A stretch of DNA of 64,000 nucleotides from Candidatus Latescibacterota bacterium (GTDB lineage: Bacteria > Latescibacterota > UBA2968 > UBA8231): NCBI GenBank assembly GCA_963422735.1, contig OY730476.1:1728001-1792000 (forward strand). Reading direction: 5' to 3'. Numbering within the stretch: the stretch's first letter is position 1; each line of letters begins with the position of its first letter. The notes under the pieces are model-generated. The model was not told the DNA's origin. It was given only the letters and a program-made list of their open reading frames with translations, and searched no databases. Made by a program: the position numbers and the translations under genes. Below, one piece after another: positions 48,808 through 58,691 of this stretch.

Positions 48808-49951
48808 GCCGATCGTGGATCGGGCCGGGGTGGTTGCGAAGCGAACCACCTTTGCGGCCGGTGAGCGCGGCTTGGATCTCGCCGAGAATGGACAGGGCAA
48901 TTTCCTCGGCCGTTTCAGCGCCGATGTCGAGGCCGACGGGGCTGAAGAGGCGTGCGGCCTGCTCATCGCTTGGCGCAATGCCTTCTTTTTGTAAATCGGC
49001 GAGCAGACGCTGAGTGCGCTGGTGCGGGCCGAGGACGCCCAAGTAGGCGAGGGGAACGTCGAGCAAATCCCGCAACAGAGCTTGATCCTGCAGGTAGTTG
49101 TGGCTCATGATGACGGCGCACGAGCGATTGTCGAACTGAAGCCCCTCGGGCAGATGACCGGGCTGGGCGAGGAGAACTTGCCTAGCCCAAGGGAAGCGCT
49201 CGGCGCGGGCATAGGCGAGCCGGTGGTCGGCGACGGTGACGCGCCAGCCGAGTTCGCCAGCTAGCCGGGCGAGGGGCACGGCGTCGTAGCCAGCGCCGAA
49301 GAGATAGAAAGCGATGGGTGGCAGCAGAGGCTCTATGAGAAGGGCCGCCTTGCCTTGCGTCAACTCGTAGTGGCGAGTGCAGCCCGGGGCGATGGGGAGT
49401 CGGGTGTCGTCGAGGGTAGCGAGGATTCCGGCGGCGTTGAGCGCAATCTCGCGCAGCTCCAAGTCGGCGATGTCGTCGCGGGTGTTTTCCCGCTCGTCGA
49501 GGATTAGATGTTGGCCCGGCGCGGCATTGGTTTCCCCCTCGGTGGCAAAGACTGTGACGAGAACGCCGTGCCGATTCTCCAAGGCGCAGCCGTGCAAGAA
49601 GGTTGGATAGTGGAAGGGGCTGTCTTGGGGCAGGCGCTCTAAGAGCACATCCACCGTGCCGCTACAGCCTAAGCCGGTGCCCCAGAGGATGTCGTCTTCG
49701 GAGGTAGCGTCGTAGTGGAGGAGACGGGGCTGGCCATCGGCGAAGACGGCTTGCGCATTTTCGCGTACATCGCCTTCGAGACAGCCTCCGCTGATGGTGC
49801 CCAAGCTCTGGAGGTCTGCTTCGATGAGCATGCGGGTGCCCGGGCCGCGATAGACCGAGCCGGAGGTCTGGACCACAGTGGCTAGCACATAGGGTACACC
49901 CGCCTCGTCAAGCTCCTGGGCGCGGCGGAGGATCGTTTGCAAGTCTTTCAC
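48788..49951 (-). CDS. XdhC/CoxF molybdoenzyme maturation factor
   Basis: LATVVQTSGSVYRGPG, ISGGCLE, FGAG, SPVGLDIGAETAEEIALSI. Confidence 0.9.
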   Translation of the reverse strand: MKDLQTILRRAQELDEAGVPYVLATVVQTSGSVYRGPGTRMLIEADLQSLGTISGGCLEGDVRENAQAVFADGQPRLLHYDATSEDDILWGTGLGCSGTVDVLLERLPQDSPFHYPTFLHGCALENRHGVLVTVFATEGETNAAPGQHLILDERENTRDDIADLELREIALNAAGILATLDDTRLPIAPGCTRHYELTQGKAALLIEPLLPPIAFYLFGAGYDAVPLARLAGELGWRVTVADHRLAYARAERFPWARQVLLAQPGHLPEGLQFDNRSCAVIMSHNYLQDQALLRDLLDVPLAYLGVLGPHQRTQRLLADLQKEGIAPSDEQAARLFSPVGLDIGAETAEEIALSILGEIQAALTGRKGGSLRNHPGPIHDRPTISSA

Positions 49952-51222
49952 GGCTGGACTCCAAAGCGCCGGTACCAGTCGGATCTAGTCGGCGCAGCGG
50001 GCTGGGCTTTCGTCGGCGCGGGCGGCGCAGGGCGGCGCAGGTCCCGCGCGGCCGTCGCGCCGCGCAGCGTCATCAGATATCCGACAAGGGCCTTGAGGCT
50101 CTCGATATTGTGGGCCGGAGCAAAGAGGTCAATGTACGGCAAGGCGGCCTGCATACCGCGCGTGGCAGGCCGGTAGTCCGGGCTGCCCAACAGAGGGTTG
50201 AGCCAGATTAGGCAGCGGCTGCGGCGCTGCAACGTGTGCATACTTTCTTCGAGGATCTCAATATCGCCGGTGTCCCAGCCGTCGCTGACGATCAGCAGCG
50301 CGGTCTGATGATCGACGAGGGCGGCGTGTTCGCTGAGGAAGGTCGCCAGCGAGGTGCCGATGCGCGTACCGCCCGACCAGTCCGGCACCTGCGCGACAAT
50401 CGCGTCTAACCCCGCGCTCAGGTCGTTGTCTCTCAGCAGGGGCGCGATGTGGTGTAACGAGGTCGCAAACGCAAACGTCTCGATGCGGCGATAGGCGTTT
50501 TGGAAGGCGCACATGAACTGGATCAAGAAGCGGCTGTACAGGTCCATGGACTTACTGACATCGCACAACAAGACCAGCTTGGGCTTCTGGCGAGTGCGGC
50601 GGCAATAAGACAGGTCCAGCAGCTCGCCGCCTCGACGCAGGTTGGCGCGGAGGGTGCGGCGCAAGTCGAGGCGGCCCGGCGGGCCGGCGGGCCGATAGCG
50701 ACGGCTGAAGCGCGTAGCGAGCGCACGGGCGATGGCTTGCAGCAACCGCCCGATCTCCTCTAGCTCTTCGGCGTTAAAGTCCTTAAAGTCGCGCTTTGTA
50801 TGTACCTCGATGGAGCTGTACCCGGCGGCTTCGCGCTCTTCTTCGGTCGGCTCGCCTTGTTTGAGCCAATCGCGAACGCTCGTCAAGCCACTCTTGACGG
50901 GACGGTTGGCACTGGTCTTTGCGGAGGCAGGAGACTCGGGCCGGGGCCGACCCAACTCGCTAGCGCGATCCCATATCGACCAATAGGTATCGAAGAGCGC
51001 GTCGAAAAGCTTCTGCTCGGCGGGCGTCTTGGCCAAAATCGTCCGCAGGCTTAGCCGAAAGTCCTCCGGGTCTGACAGGTCAATGGCCGCGAGGGCGCGG
51101 AGCGCGTCTTGCTCCTCGCCTAAGGCCGGGCCGGAATACTGGATGCGCAACAGGCGACAGAAGCCGACCAAATTCGCGCTCAACGCGCCGTGCAGGGCGA
51201 TGTCGTCGATTTTGTGATTCAT
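49948..51222 (-). CDS. CoxE-like VWA domain protein
   Basis: LCDVSKSM, WSGGTRIG, SDGWD, WLNPL. Confidence 0.88.
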   Translation of the reverse strand: MNHKIDDIALHGALSANLVGFCRLLRIQYSGPALGEEQDALRALAAIDLSDPEDFRLSLRTILAKTPAEQKLFDALFDTYWSIWDRASELGRPRPESPASAKTSANRPVKSGLTSVRDWLKQGEPTEEEREAAGYSSIEVHTKRDFKDFNAEELEEIGRLLQAIARALATRFSRRYRPAGPPGRLDLRRTLRANLRRGGELLDLSYCRRTRQKPKLVLLCDVSKSMDLYSRFLIQFMCAFQNAYRRIETFAFATSLHHIAPLLRDNDLSAGLDAIVAQVPDWSGGTRIGTSLATFLSEHAALVDHQTALLIVSDGWDTGDIEILEESMHTLQRRSRCLIWLNPLLGSPDYRPATRGMQAALPYIDLFAPAHNIESLKALVGYLMTLRGATAARDLRRPAPPAPTKAQPAAPTRSDWYRRFGVQP

Positions 51223-52115
51223 CGTTGTGGAGCCAGCTTGGCGCGGACCCCCAATCCTTCCAAGAACTCGGCCAGCGATTGTTTCACCTGCGCCACGTCG
51301 CGTTGGTCTTTGAACACAATGCCCAAGGTATCCGCCACTACTTCGAGGTCGAGGTGGTGCTGGTGCAGGGCGACGAGGGCCTTGGCCCAGTCGAGGGTTT
51401 CGGCGACCCCGGGGATCTTTTCGAGGCGCTGCATGCGAATCTTTTCCATGAAGCGACAGATCTGCTCGGCGAGTTGGATGTCGATCCCAGCGACCTTGCC
51501 GCGCACGATCTCCACTTCCTTGGCAAATTCCGGGTAGTCGATCCACAGATAAAAGCAGCGACGGCGCACGGCGTCGGAAAGCTCGCGGGTGCGATTGCTG
51601 GTCAGGATTACGTGCGGTCGCGCGGCAGCGCGGATGGTGCCGATTTCGGGGATGGTAATCTGCCAGTCGGACAGCACTTCGAGGAGGAAGCTCTCAAACT
51701 CCTCGTCGGCTCGGTCGAGTTCGTCGATCAGCAGCACCGGCGGGACGGACTGGGTGATAGCTTGGAGCAAAGGGCGCTTGAGCAGGAAGTCCTCGGAGAA
51801 GAGGTCAACCTCGCGCTCGGCTAGGGGGCGTTGGCTCTTCTCGTCGAGCTTGATGTGCAAGAGCTGGCGCTGGTAGTTCCACTCGTACAGGGCAGCGTGG
51901 GCGTCTAGCCCTTCGTAGCACTGCAAGCGGATCAACTCGGTGTCGAAGGCACGGGCTACGACCTTGGCGACCTCGGTTTTGCCGACGCCAGCCGGCCCCT
52001 CGATGAGCAAGGGACGTTCTAGGGTCTGAGCGAGGTACACGGACATAACAACTTGGCGATCGGCGACATACCCGTGCTCGGCGAGCATCTCTTGGATCGC
52101 AGCAGTGGCACTCAT
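51219..52115 (-). CDS. CoxD-like MoxR AAA+ ATPase
   Basis: EGPAGVGKT, RLQCYEGLD, LLIDELD, TSNRTREL. Confidence 0.92.
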   Translation of the reverse strand: MSATAAIQEMLAEHGYVADRQVVMSVYLAQTLERPLLIEGPAGVGKTEVAKVVARAFDTELIRLQCYEGLDAHAALYEWNYQRQLLHIKLDEKSQRPLAEREVDLFSEDFLLKRPLLQAITQSVPPVLLIDELDRADEEFESFLLEVLSDWQITIPEIGTIRAAARPHVILTSNRTRELSDAVRRRCFYLWIDYPEFAKEVEIVRGKVAGIDIQLAEQICRFMEKIRMQRLEKIPGVAETLDWAKALVALHQHHLDLEVVADTLGIVFKDQRDVAQVKQSLAEFLEGLGVRAKLAPQR

Positions 52116-52330
52116 TAAACCCCTCTCGTTGCGCAGTGTAACGTCCTATTCGCCGCCCACAAAGCTGCTCTTGCCGACTGCATGGTCGGAGGCGCGGGCG
52201 GTGCAAGTTTTCTAATATCACGCGTCGACTTCCGCATAGCAAGAACGCGCCGACTTCGCCCAACATTGCCCACTGCTAGGGATTCTCTATATTTCCAAGT
52301 CTCTTTAACGCCGTCTGTGGATACCTTTGT

Positions 52331-53380
52331 ATGGCCCTTGAAACACCTACCAAAACCGAGTTGGTACGCGACCTTTTGGGCCGCCCGTTGGCCTCTTTGC
52401 GCGTGTCGGTCATCGACCGCTGCGACCTGCGCTGCCAGTACTGCATGCCCGAAGAGCACTACACCTGGCTGCCCAGTAAAGACATTCTCAACGCCTCCGA
52501 GATCGAGCGCGTGGTAGATGCCTTCTGCCAAGTTGGAGTCCGCAGCGTACGCCTGACCGGCGGCGAGCCGCTGTTGCGCGCCAATCTGCCCGCGCTCGTC
52601 GCCCGCCTCGCCGCGCTGCCCCTCGTCGAGGACTTGGCGATGACGACCAACGCCACGCAGTTGGCGCGGTGGGCCGAGCCATTGCGGGCCGCTGGTTTGC
52701 AGCGGATCACCGTCAGCTTGGACTCGCTGGATCCAGCGCGCTTCGCGGCTCTGACACGCCGCAACACCCACGCCAAGGCACTGGAGGGGATCCGCGCAGC
52801 CGCGGCCATTGGCTTTGACGCGCTCAAGCTCAACGTGGTCGTCATGCGCGATTTCAACGACGACGAACTCGTGGATATTCTCGAATTCGGGCGCGAGGTA
52901 GGGGCCGAGGTCCGCTTCATCGAATACATGGATGTAGGCGGCGCGACTCAGTGGTCTATGCAGAAGGTCGTTTCGCAAGCAGAAATGCTGGCGCGGCTAA
53001 CGGCCCACTACGGGCCGATCGAGCCCGAGGCGGAGCGCGGCTCAGCGCCCGCAGCGCGCTTCCGCTTGAGCGATGAGACGCGCTTTGGCATCGTCGCGTC
53101 CGTCACTGAGCCGTTTTGCGGAGCCTGCGACCGCAGTCGCCTGACGGCCGATGGGGTGTGGTACACGTGCTTGTACGCGCAACAAGGCACCGACCTAAAA
53201 CCTTTGCTGCGCGGCGGAGCCGACCGCGCACGGCTAGTGAGACGGATGCGCGGCGGGTGGGCGGGGCGGACGGACCAAAGCGCCGAAGAGCGAAGCCGCG
53301 ACCCGCAGCGCGGCGCACTCTATCCGGCCGAAGCCTTAAAAGCCGATCCACACCGCGAGATGCACACCCGCGGCGGTTGA
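52331..53380 (+). CDS. moaA: GTP 3',8-cyclase
   Basis: CDLRCQYC, TGGEP, FIEYMD, FCGACDRSRL..C, C-terminal GG. Confidence 0.95.
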   Translation: MALETPTKTELVRDLLGRPLASLRVSVIDRCDLRCQYCMPEEHYTWLPSKDILNASEIERVVDAFCQVGVRSVRLTGGEPLLRANLPALVARLAALPLVEDLAMTTNATQLARWAEPLRAAGLQRITVSLDSLDPARFAALTRRNTHAKALEGIRAAAAIGFDALKLNVVVMRDFNDDELVDILEFGREVGAEVRFIEYMDVGGATQWSMQKVVSQAEMLARLTAHYGPIEPEAERGSAPAARFRLSDETRFGIVASVTEPFCGACDRSRLTADGVWYTCLYAQQGTDLKPLLRGGADRARLVRRMRGGWAGRTDQSAEERSRDPQRGALYPAEALKADPHREMHTRGG

Positions 53381-53398
53381 GCCACTCCCTCCCCCTAC

Positions 53399-55468
53399 AT
53401 GGATTACTTTCGCGCCAAACGCTATTTGGACGCCCTACCCGACTGGGAGGTCGGCCGTCCAGCGCCCGGGCCGGTCGCGGATTACCTGCCGAGGATGCGC
53501 GCCCTGCTGGCCCGCCTCGGCAGCCCGCAGACGCGCTTTCGCTCAGTCATTGTCGGCGGAACCAACGGCAAGGGGACGGTCGCTAGCTTGCTCGCCGCCA
53601 TCCTAAAGGCACACGGGCATAAGGTCGGGCTATACACTTCGCCGCACCTACACACCCAGCGCGAGCGGATCCGCATTGACGGCGAGATACTCAGCAAGGA
53701 ACAATGGGCCGCGGCCGTGTCACACCTCGACAATTGCACCCGCGACTTTGGCCGGGAGGCGTTGGGTTCGTTCAGCAAGTTTGAGGCCCTAACCGGCCTC
53801 GCGTCCCATCTCTTCGCGCAGCAGGGCGTGGAGTTCGGGGTTTTTGAGGTGGGGCTTGGAGGCCGCTACGACGCGACTAACGCCTGGGACTCGGAGCTGG
53901 CAGTCCTGACGGCCATCGGCCTAGACCACGTGGACCTGCTGGGCAATACCTTGAAGGAAATCGCCGCCGACAAGCTGCACATCGGCCGGCCGGGTCGTAC
54001 GCTCATTACTACGGCAGCGCAAACACCCGAGGTAATGGACTTGCTTCGGCAGACCTGTGCAAAGCGGAAAGTAGAATTGCAGGTTGCCGGAACCGAGTGG
54101 CCGAGCCGTCCGGCGACCTACGCGGAAAATGCGCGGCTGGCCCTTGAGGCGGCGCAGCGGCTCGTCCAAGGCTTAGAAGACAAGGTCGCACACCAAGTCG
54201 TGGCGACCCATCGCTGGCCGGGCCGCTTTGAAGTGGCGCAAGAAAAGCCGTTGGTCTTGCTCGACGGGGCGCACAATCCGGCGGCGGCCGAGGCGTTGGC
54301 CGGAGAGTTACAGCGGCTGAGTGCGGAATGGGTGCTGGTGGTCGGCGCGGGAGCAGGGCACGATGCGGCGGGGATTTTGCGCGCCCTAGTGCCGGTGGCT
54401 CAGCGAGTCTTGCTGACCTCATCGGACCATCCACGGGCACTGGCACCAGCGGTGCTGGCGGACTTGGCACCGGACGGACTAGCCGTTGAGCAGCAGCCTG
54501 CAAGCCGTCAAGCTCTCAGGCGCGCCCTAACGCTGGCGGGGAGCAGAGGCCGAGTCTGCGTGGCTGGGTCGCTGCACTTGGTGGCTCGGGCGCGGGAGTT
54601 TTTCGCCCTACCCGGCGAGCGCGACGGCATTACCGAAGACATGGCGCTGGAGAATCTGGAGTGCGTTGCCGAGGCGGGCCGGCGGCGGGGACTCGTCTGC
54701 GAGTGGATTTCGCCAGATCGCACTCGGCTTAAATTGTCTGGCGGACGGCGGCCCTTGCGCTTCTGGCGCAACAAGCATCCCTTCAGCGACTACGTCGAGG
54801 CCCGGCTCGCCGAAGACAAGGCATACCAGTACGAGGACTTCGCTGCGGCCGGGTTGCCAGTCCCCTACACGCTCAAGCTCTTCAACCCGCTGGCCGATGC
54901 GCGCTTCGACCGCTACAAGACGCACACTTCAGTAGCGGAAATCGTCGAGGAGGTAGTGGCGCGGTTTGAATTTCCCCTCGTGGTCAAGAAGTGCCACAGT
55001 TCGCTGGCGCAGGGCGTGTTTTTGGAGCGCAACGCAGCAGACCTCGGCAAGCGGCTCGAATCCCTCTTTGAAAACAGCGCCTTTTTAGACAACATCGCGC
55101 TGGTGCAGCAATTCGTGGCCGGGCCGGAGTATCGGATCGTCGCCAGCCAAGACGAACTGCTGCTGGCCTATCGCAAGGAAAGCGAGGCCGTGGGGATGGA
55201 TGGGGACCTCAATCCGTTGCATCAGGCCACAGGACGCGCCGTGCGGGTAAAAGACGAGGCGCTGCTAGCGCCGATGCAGGTGCTGACGGCGCGGGTGGCC
55301 CAAGTCTATGCGCTCGGTTTTTACGCCATTGATCTCATCCACGGCGAGGACGGTTTCTCCATCCTCGAACTCAATCCTAACCCCATGTGCTACGCCTACA
55401 ACCGCGACAATGGACGAAAGGACTTCGTCGAGCTGTACGAGCGGCTACTAAAACAATTTGCACTATAA
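53399..55468 (+). CDS. FolC-like Mur-ligase fused to a C-terminal ATP-grasp domain
   Basis: GGTNGKGT, YTSPHL, EVGLGGRYDATN, WPGRFE, LDGAHNP, then DKAYQY, FPLVVK, QQFV..EYR, IDLI, ILELNPNP. Confidence 0.85.
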   Translation: MDYFRAKRYLDALPDWEVGRPAPGPVADYLPRMRALLARLGSPQTRFRSVIVGGTNGKGTVASLLAAILKAHGHKVGLYTSPHLHTQRERIRIDGEILSKEQWAAAVSHLDNCTRDFGREALGSFSKFEALTGLASHLFAQQGVEFGVFEVGLGGRYDATNAWDSELAVLTAIGLDHVDLLGNTLKEIAADKLHIGRPGRTLITTAAQTPEVMDLLRQTCAKRKVELQVAGTEWPSRPATYAENARLALEAAQRLVQGLEDKVAHQVVATHRWPGRFEVAQEKPLVLLDGAHNPAAAEALAGELQRLSAEWVLVVGAGAGHDAAGILRALVPVAQRVLLTSSDHPRALAPAVLADLAPDGLAVEQQPASRQALRRALTLAGSRGRVCVAGSLHLVARAREFFALPGERDGITEDMALENLECVAEAGRRRGLVCEWISPDRTRLKLSGGRRPLRFWRNKHPFSDYVEARLAEDKAYQYEDFAAAGLPVPYTLKLFNPLADARFDRYKTHTSVAEIVEEVVARFEFPLVVKKCHSSLAQGVFLERNAADLGKRLESLFENSAFLDNIALVQQFVAGPEYRIVASQDELLLAYRKESEAVGMDGDLNPLHQATGRAVRVKDEALLAPMQVLTARVAQVYALGFYAIDLIHGEDGFSILELNPNPMCYAYNRDNGRKDFVELYERLLKQFAL

Positions 55469-55783
55469 AGAGTCGGACTTCTTGCCACCCTCCATTGTCA
55501 TTCCCGCGCATGCAGGCTTCACTACGCCACCCGTTTTCACGGGCACAGGCTTTTAGGCGTGCCATCCACTCCGCGCACGATGCGGACCCCCGTCTGCACA
55601 GGGACTGCACAGGGACCGGCTTGGGCGCACTCCGTCGAGTCGTCGCGTCGCTCAGCGGTCCGACTGAACGCACCTAAGCCCGAACCGCCGAGGGGTACGC
55701 TGGATGCCGGCTTGTCCTGCTGCCACAAGGTGAAGCCCAAGCAGGACAAAAGCTGCGTAACATCAACTAACAAAGGAATCACC

Positions 55784-56920
55784 ATGGATATTCAGACCCG
55801 CCTCATCCACGCTGGCGAGGAGCGCATCGAAGGCGCAGTAGTGCTGCCCATCTTCCAGAGCTCGACTTTTGTCTCGCAAGACGATCAGGACTACGACGCC
55901 AGCCGCTATCTTCGCCTCAACAACACGCCCAATCATCTCGCATTGCACGCCAAACTAGCCGCTGTCTGCGGCGGCGAGGATGCCTTGGTGGCCGGTTCGG
56001 GAATGGCGGCGATCACCACTGCGCTGCTGACCTTGCTCAACAGCGGCGATCACCTGCTGATCCAAGACTGCCTCTACGGGGGTACGCACAGCTTTGTGAC
56101 GCAGGATGCGCCTCGTTTGGGGCTACACTGCGACTTTATCGCGGGCAACGCACCCGAGACGTGGGCGGCCAAGCTCCGGCCCGAGACGCGGGCAATCTAC
56201 GTGGAGACCATGACTAATCCGCTGTTGGAGGTCGCCGATTTAGAGGCGGTAGTGGAATTTGCGCGTACGCACGGGCTGGTTTCGCTGATCGACAATACCT
56301 TTGCCTCGCCGTGCAACTTCCGCCCGCTGGAAATTGGGTTTGATATAGAGCTACACAGCGCGACCAAGTACCTCAACGGCCATTCGGACCTCGTCGCGGG
56401 GGTAGTCGTCGGCTCGGCTGCTCGCATCAGCGCCATTACGCACAAGCTCAATCACCTCGGAGGGTCGTTGGACACACACGCCTGTTTTCTGTTGCAACGG
56501 GGCATGAAGACCCTGTCGCTGAGAATGCGGCAACACGACGAAAATGGGTTGCGGCTGGCGCACCTTTTGGCCGAGCAGGCGCAAGTGGCGCGAGTGAATT
56601 ACCCGGGGCTGGAAAGCCATCCGCAATACGAGCGGGCGCAGCGGCTGTTTGCCGGGGCGGGTGGGGTGTTGAGCTTTGAGCTGCACGAGGGCGTGGAGGC
56701 CGCCGAACGGTTGCTGTCCAAGCTAATTCTGCCCGCGTCAGCTCCCAGTCTCGGCGGGGTCGAGACCCTCATCACTCGGCCAGTTACCACGTCGCACAGC
56801 GGCTTGAGTCGAAAAGAGCGGTCGGCCATGGGCATAGCCGATGGCTTGGTGCGGGTGGCGTGCGGCATTGAGGCCGCCGAGGATTTGTGTGCAGACTTTG
56901 CACAGGCGCTGGCTGGCTAG
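55784..56920 (+). CDS. Cys/Met metabolism PLP-dependent enzyme (cystathionine gamma-lyase/synthase-like)
   Basis: PIFQSSTF, SGMAAI, ETMTNP, DNTFA, HSATKYLNGHSD, SLGGVE. Confidence 0.92.
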   Translation: MDIQTRLIHAGEERIEGAVVLPIFQSSTFVSQDDQDYDASRYLRLNNTPNHLALHAKLAAVCGGEDALVAGSGMAAITTALLTLLNSGDHLLIQDCLYGGTHSFVTQDAPRLGLHCDFIAGNAPETWAAKLRPETRAIYVETMTNPLLEVADLEAVVEFARTHGLVSLIDNTFASPCNFRPLEIGFDIELHSATKYLNGHSDLVAGVVVGSAARISAITHKLNHLGGSLDTHACFLLQRGMKTLSLRMRQHDENGLRLAHLLAEQAQVARVNYPGLESHPQYERAQRLFAGAGGVLSFELHEGVEAAERLLSKLILPASAPSLGGVETLITRPVTTSHSGLSRKERSAMGIADGLVRVACGIEAAEDLCADFAQALAG

Positions 56921-56958
56921 TCCCGCTCTGTTATCTAACTTGAAAAAAAGCAGGTTCG

Positions 56959-58620
56959 ATGAGTCCGTATAACACATCATTGGCCGAGCAGTTGCGGCCC
57001 GTGCAGAAGCAAATGCACGAGCAGTACTCGTCTGTGATGCCGATCAGCCAAATCTCTATCAAAATCAACCCATGCGAGGGAACCGACCCCTTTGCAGCGG
57101 CTCAACAGAAAGTCTTGCAATGGACAGCCCAGCGCGTTGGGCAACGGCTCCCGGCGGAAGCTTGGAGTGGGCAATCCTTTGAGACCGAGAAAATTGGGGC
57201 GCAGTACGCCGCGGCCGTGTTGTTGGATGATCTGGCTATGTGGGGGGCGCGGCTCGATGATGCCGACAAGTCCGTGCCGCAACTTACTTGGGTTACAGAG
57301 GTTGGGCTAAAGCAGCTATCTGACCGGTCCATTGCCGTCAGCGCCCGCCTCGCGTGTACTAGGCGCGGGACGGATAACTTCATTGAGCGGTCCACTCCCG
57401 ATTTCATTCGGCCAATTGCCACCATTGGCACCGCCTTGCTAGACGGTCGTTTGTTGCGTCCAAATCCATGGCTGGTTTCCGACGACGAAATTCTGTCGCT
57501 GTGCGACTTGATTCGCGACCCCAGGCGCCGGGCCGCTGTCATTGTCGCGTCGCTCCCGGTCGGCTCCACTGATGCAAAAAACGCGACGTTCCCACTTGAC
57601 ATTCTATGCCGTAGGACGTTTGGTGCCGCCCACGTAGCCATCCTCACCGGGCCGGCCACCTTCCGCTTGACCGACGAGTTTGGGAAGGAGTTTTCCGTAT
57701 TCAATCGAGCTGTCAGAAACTACCGACCGAATTTTAATCCCGAGGTAGATGAACCGCATCAACACCCATGGGCTACAGCCCGTCGCATTCAGAATTGGGA
57801 CGGAGGCCCGGCTGCGTACGCGAGATTTTTGGCCGACCACATACTAAAGGACACAGTCAAGCGTTCGGATGCCGAGAGCGATCCCCCGTCCTTTGCCAAA
57901 ATTCGCCGACTGGCATCGGAGCGTCGCATAGAGCGCGCCAAGGAGACTAACGCGACCATAGCAGAAAGGCTCGAACTGGCTGAGGCCCAAATCGTCGAGC
58001 TCCAATCCGAGCGCGAAGAGATAGAAGAGACCTTTGAAGGCGTCCTGAAGTCCGTAGAGCAAGAGCGCGATGTAGCCCAAGCCAAGGCCGAGACCGCGAC
58101 CCAACGCGCATGGAATTTACGCGCCCGCGTGGAGATGCTCGAAAAGGCACTCGGGTCGAGCCCAAAAGAGCCGGAGATTCCCAGCAACCTGAACGATTTT
58201 GAGCAGTGGTGCGACAAGAACCTTGCGGGGTTTGTCGAAGTCTTGCCACGCGCCAAACACGCTGCCAAAAAAAGCAAGTACGAAGACCCTGCTTTCTTGT
58301 ACAAAGCCCTGCTTTTGCTCCGCGATTATTACGTTCCCATGCGGCTCTTCGGCTCTTCTAAAGCCGACGCTTTCAAGCAGGCTTGTTTGGCCCTGAACAT
58401 TGAGAATACCCAAACCTTTGCCGGCGCACGGTATGGAGAGTACGGCGACATGTATTTCGTGCGCTATGCCGGTCAGTCGCGCCTGCTTGACTGGCATCTG
58501 AAGAAGGGTAGCACCCGGGACGTACGCCGCTGTTTTAGGCTGTATTTCTTTTGGGACGAGGACTCGGAGCAGGCCGTTGTTGGATGGTTGCCTTCACACT
58601 TGGACACGCGAAAGAGCTAG
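56959..58620 (+). CDS. Hypothetical protein with a coiled coil and a putative C-terminal RelE-like nuclease domain
   Basis: 553 aa. E/Q/A-rich heptad stretch at about aa 325-400. C-terminal WHLKKG..RD.RRCFRLYFFWD...VVGWLPSHL. Confidence 0.65.
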   Translation: MSPYNTSLAEQLRPVQKQMHEQYSSVMPISQISIKINPCEGTDPFAAAQQKVLQWTAQRVGQRLPAEAWSGQSFETEKIGAQYAAAVLLDDLAMWGARLDDADKSVPQLTWVTEVGLKQLSDRSIAVSARLACTRRGTDNFIERSTPDFIRPIATIGTALLDGRLLRPNPWLVSDDEILSLCDLIRDPRRRAAVIVASLPVGSTDAKNATFPLDILCRRTFGAAHVAILTGPATFRLTDEFGKEFSVFNRAVRNYRPNFNPEVDEPHQHPWATARRIQNWDGGPAAYARFLADHILKDTVKRSDAESDPPSFAKIRRLASERRIERAKETNATIAERLELAEAQIVELQSEREEIEETFEGVLKSVEQERDVAQAKAETATQRAWNLRARVEMLEKALGSSPKEPEIPSNLNDFEQWCDKNLAGFVEVLPRAKHAAKKSKYEDPAFLYKALLLLRDYYVPMRLFGSSKADAFKQACLALNIENTQTFAGARYGEYGDMYFVRYAGQSRLLDWHLKKGSTRDVRRCFRLYFFWDEDSEQAVVGWLPSHLDTRKS

Positions 58621-58691
58621 GCAACTTAGGCGGCAAAGGCACGCGCTATCGCCATGGAGGTAAGTGAGAGAAACCAATGAGCGTCCAACAA

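Noticed and set aside
55470-55783. SAM riboswitch upstream of the Cys/Met enzyme
   Set aside because: No SAM-I core (AUC..GAG..GAU) or other recognisable aptamer. It looks like degenerate REP-like sequence with an 11-bp tandem duplication.
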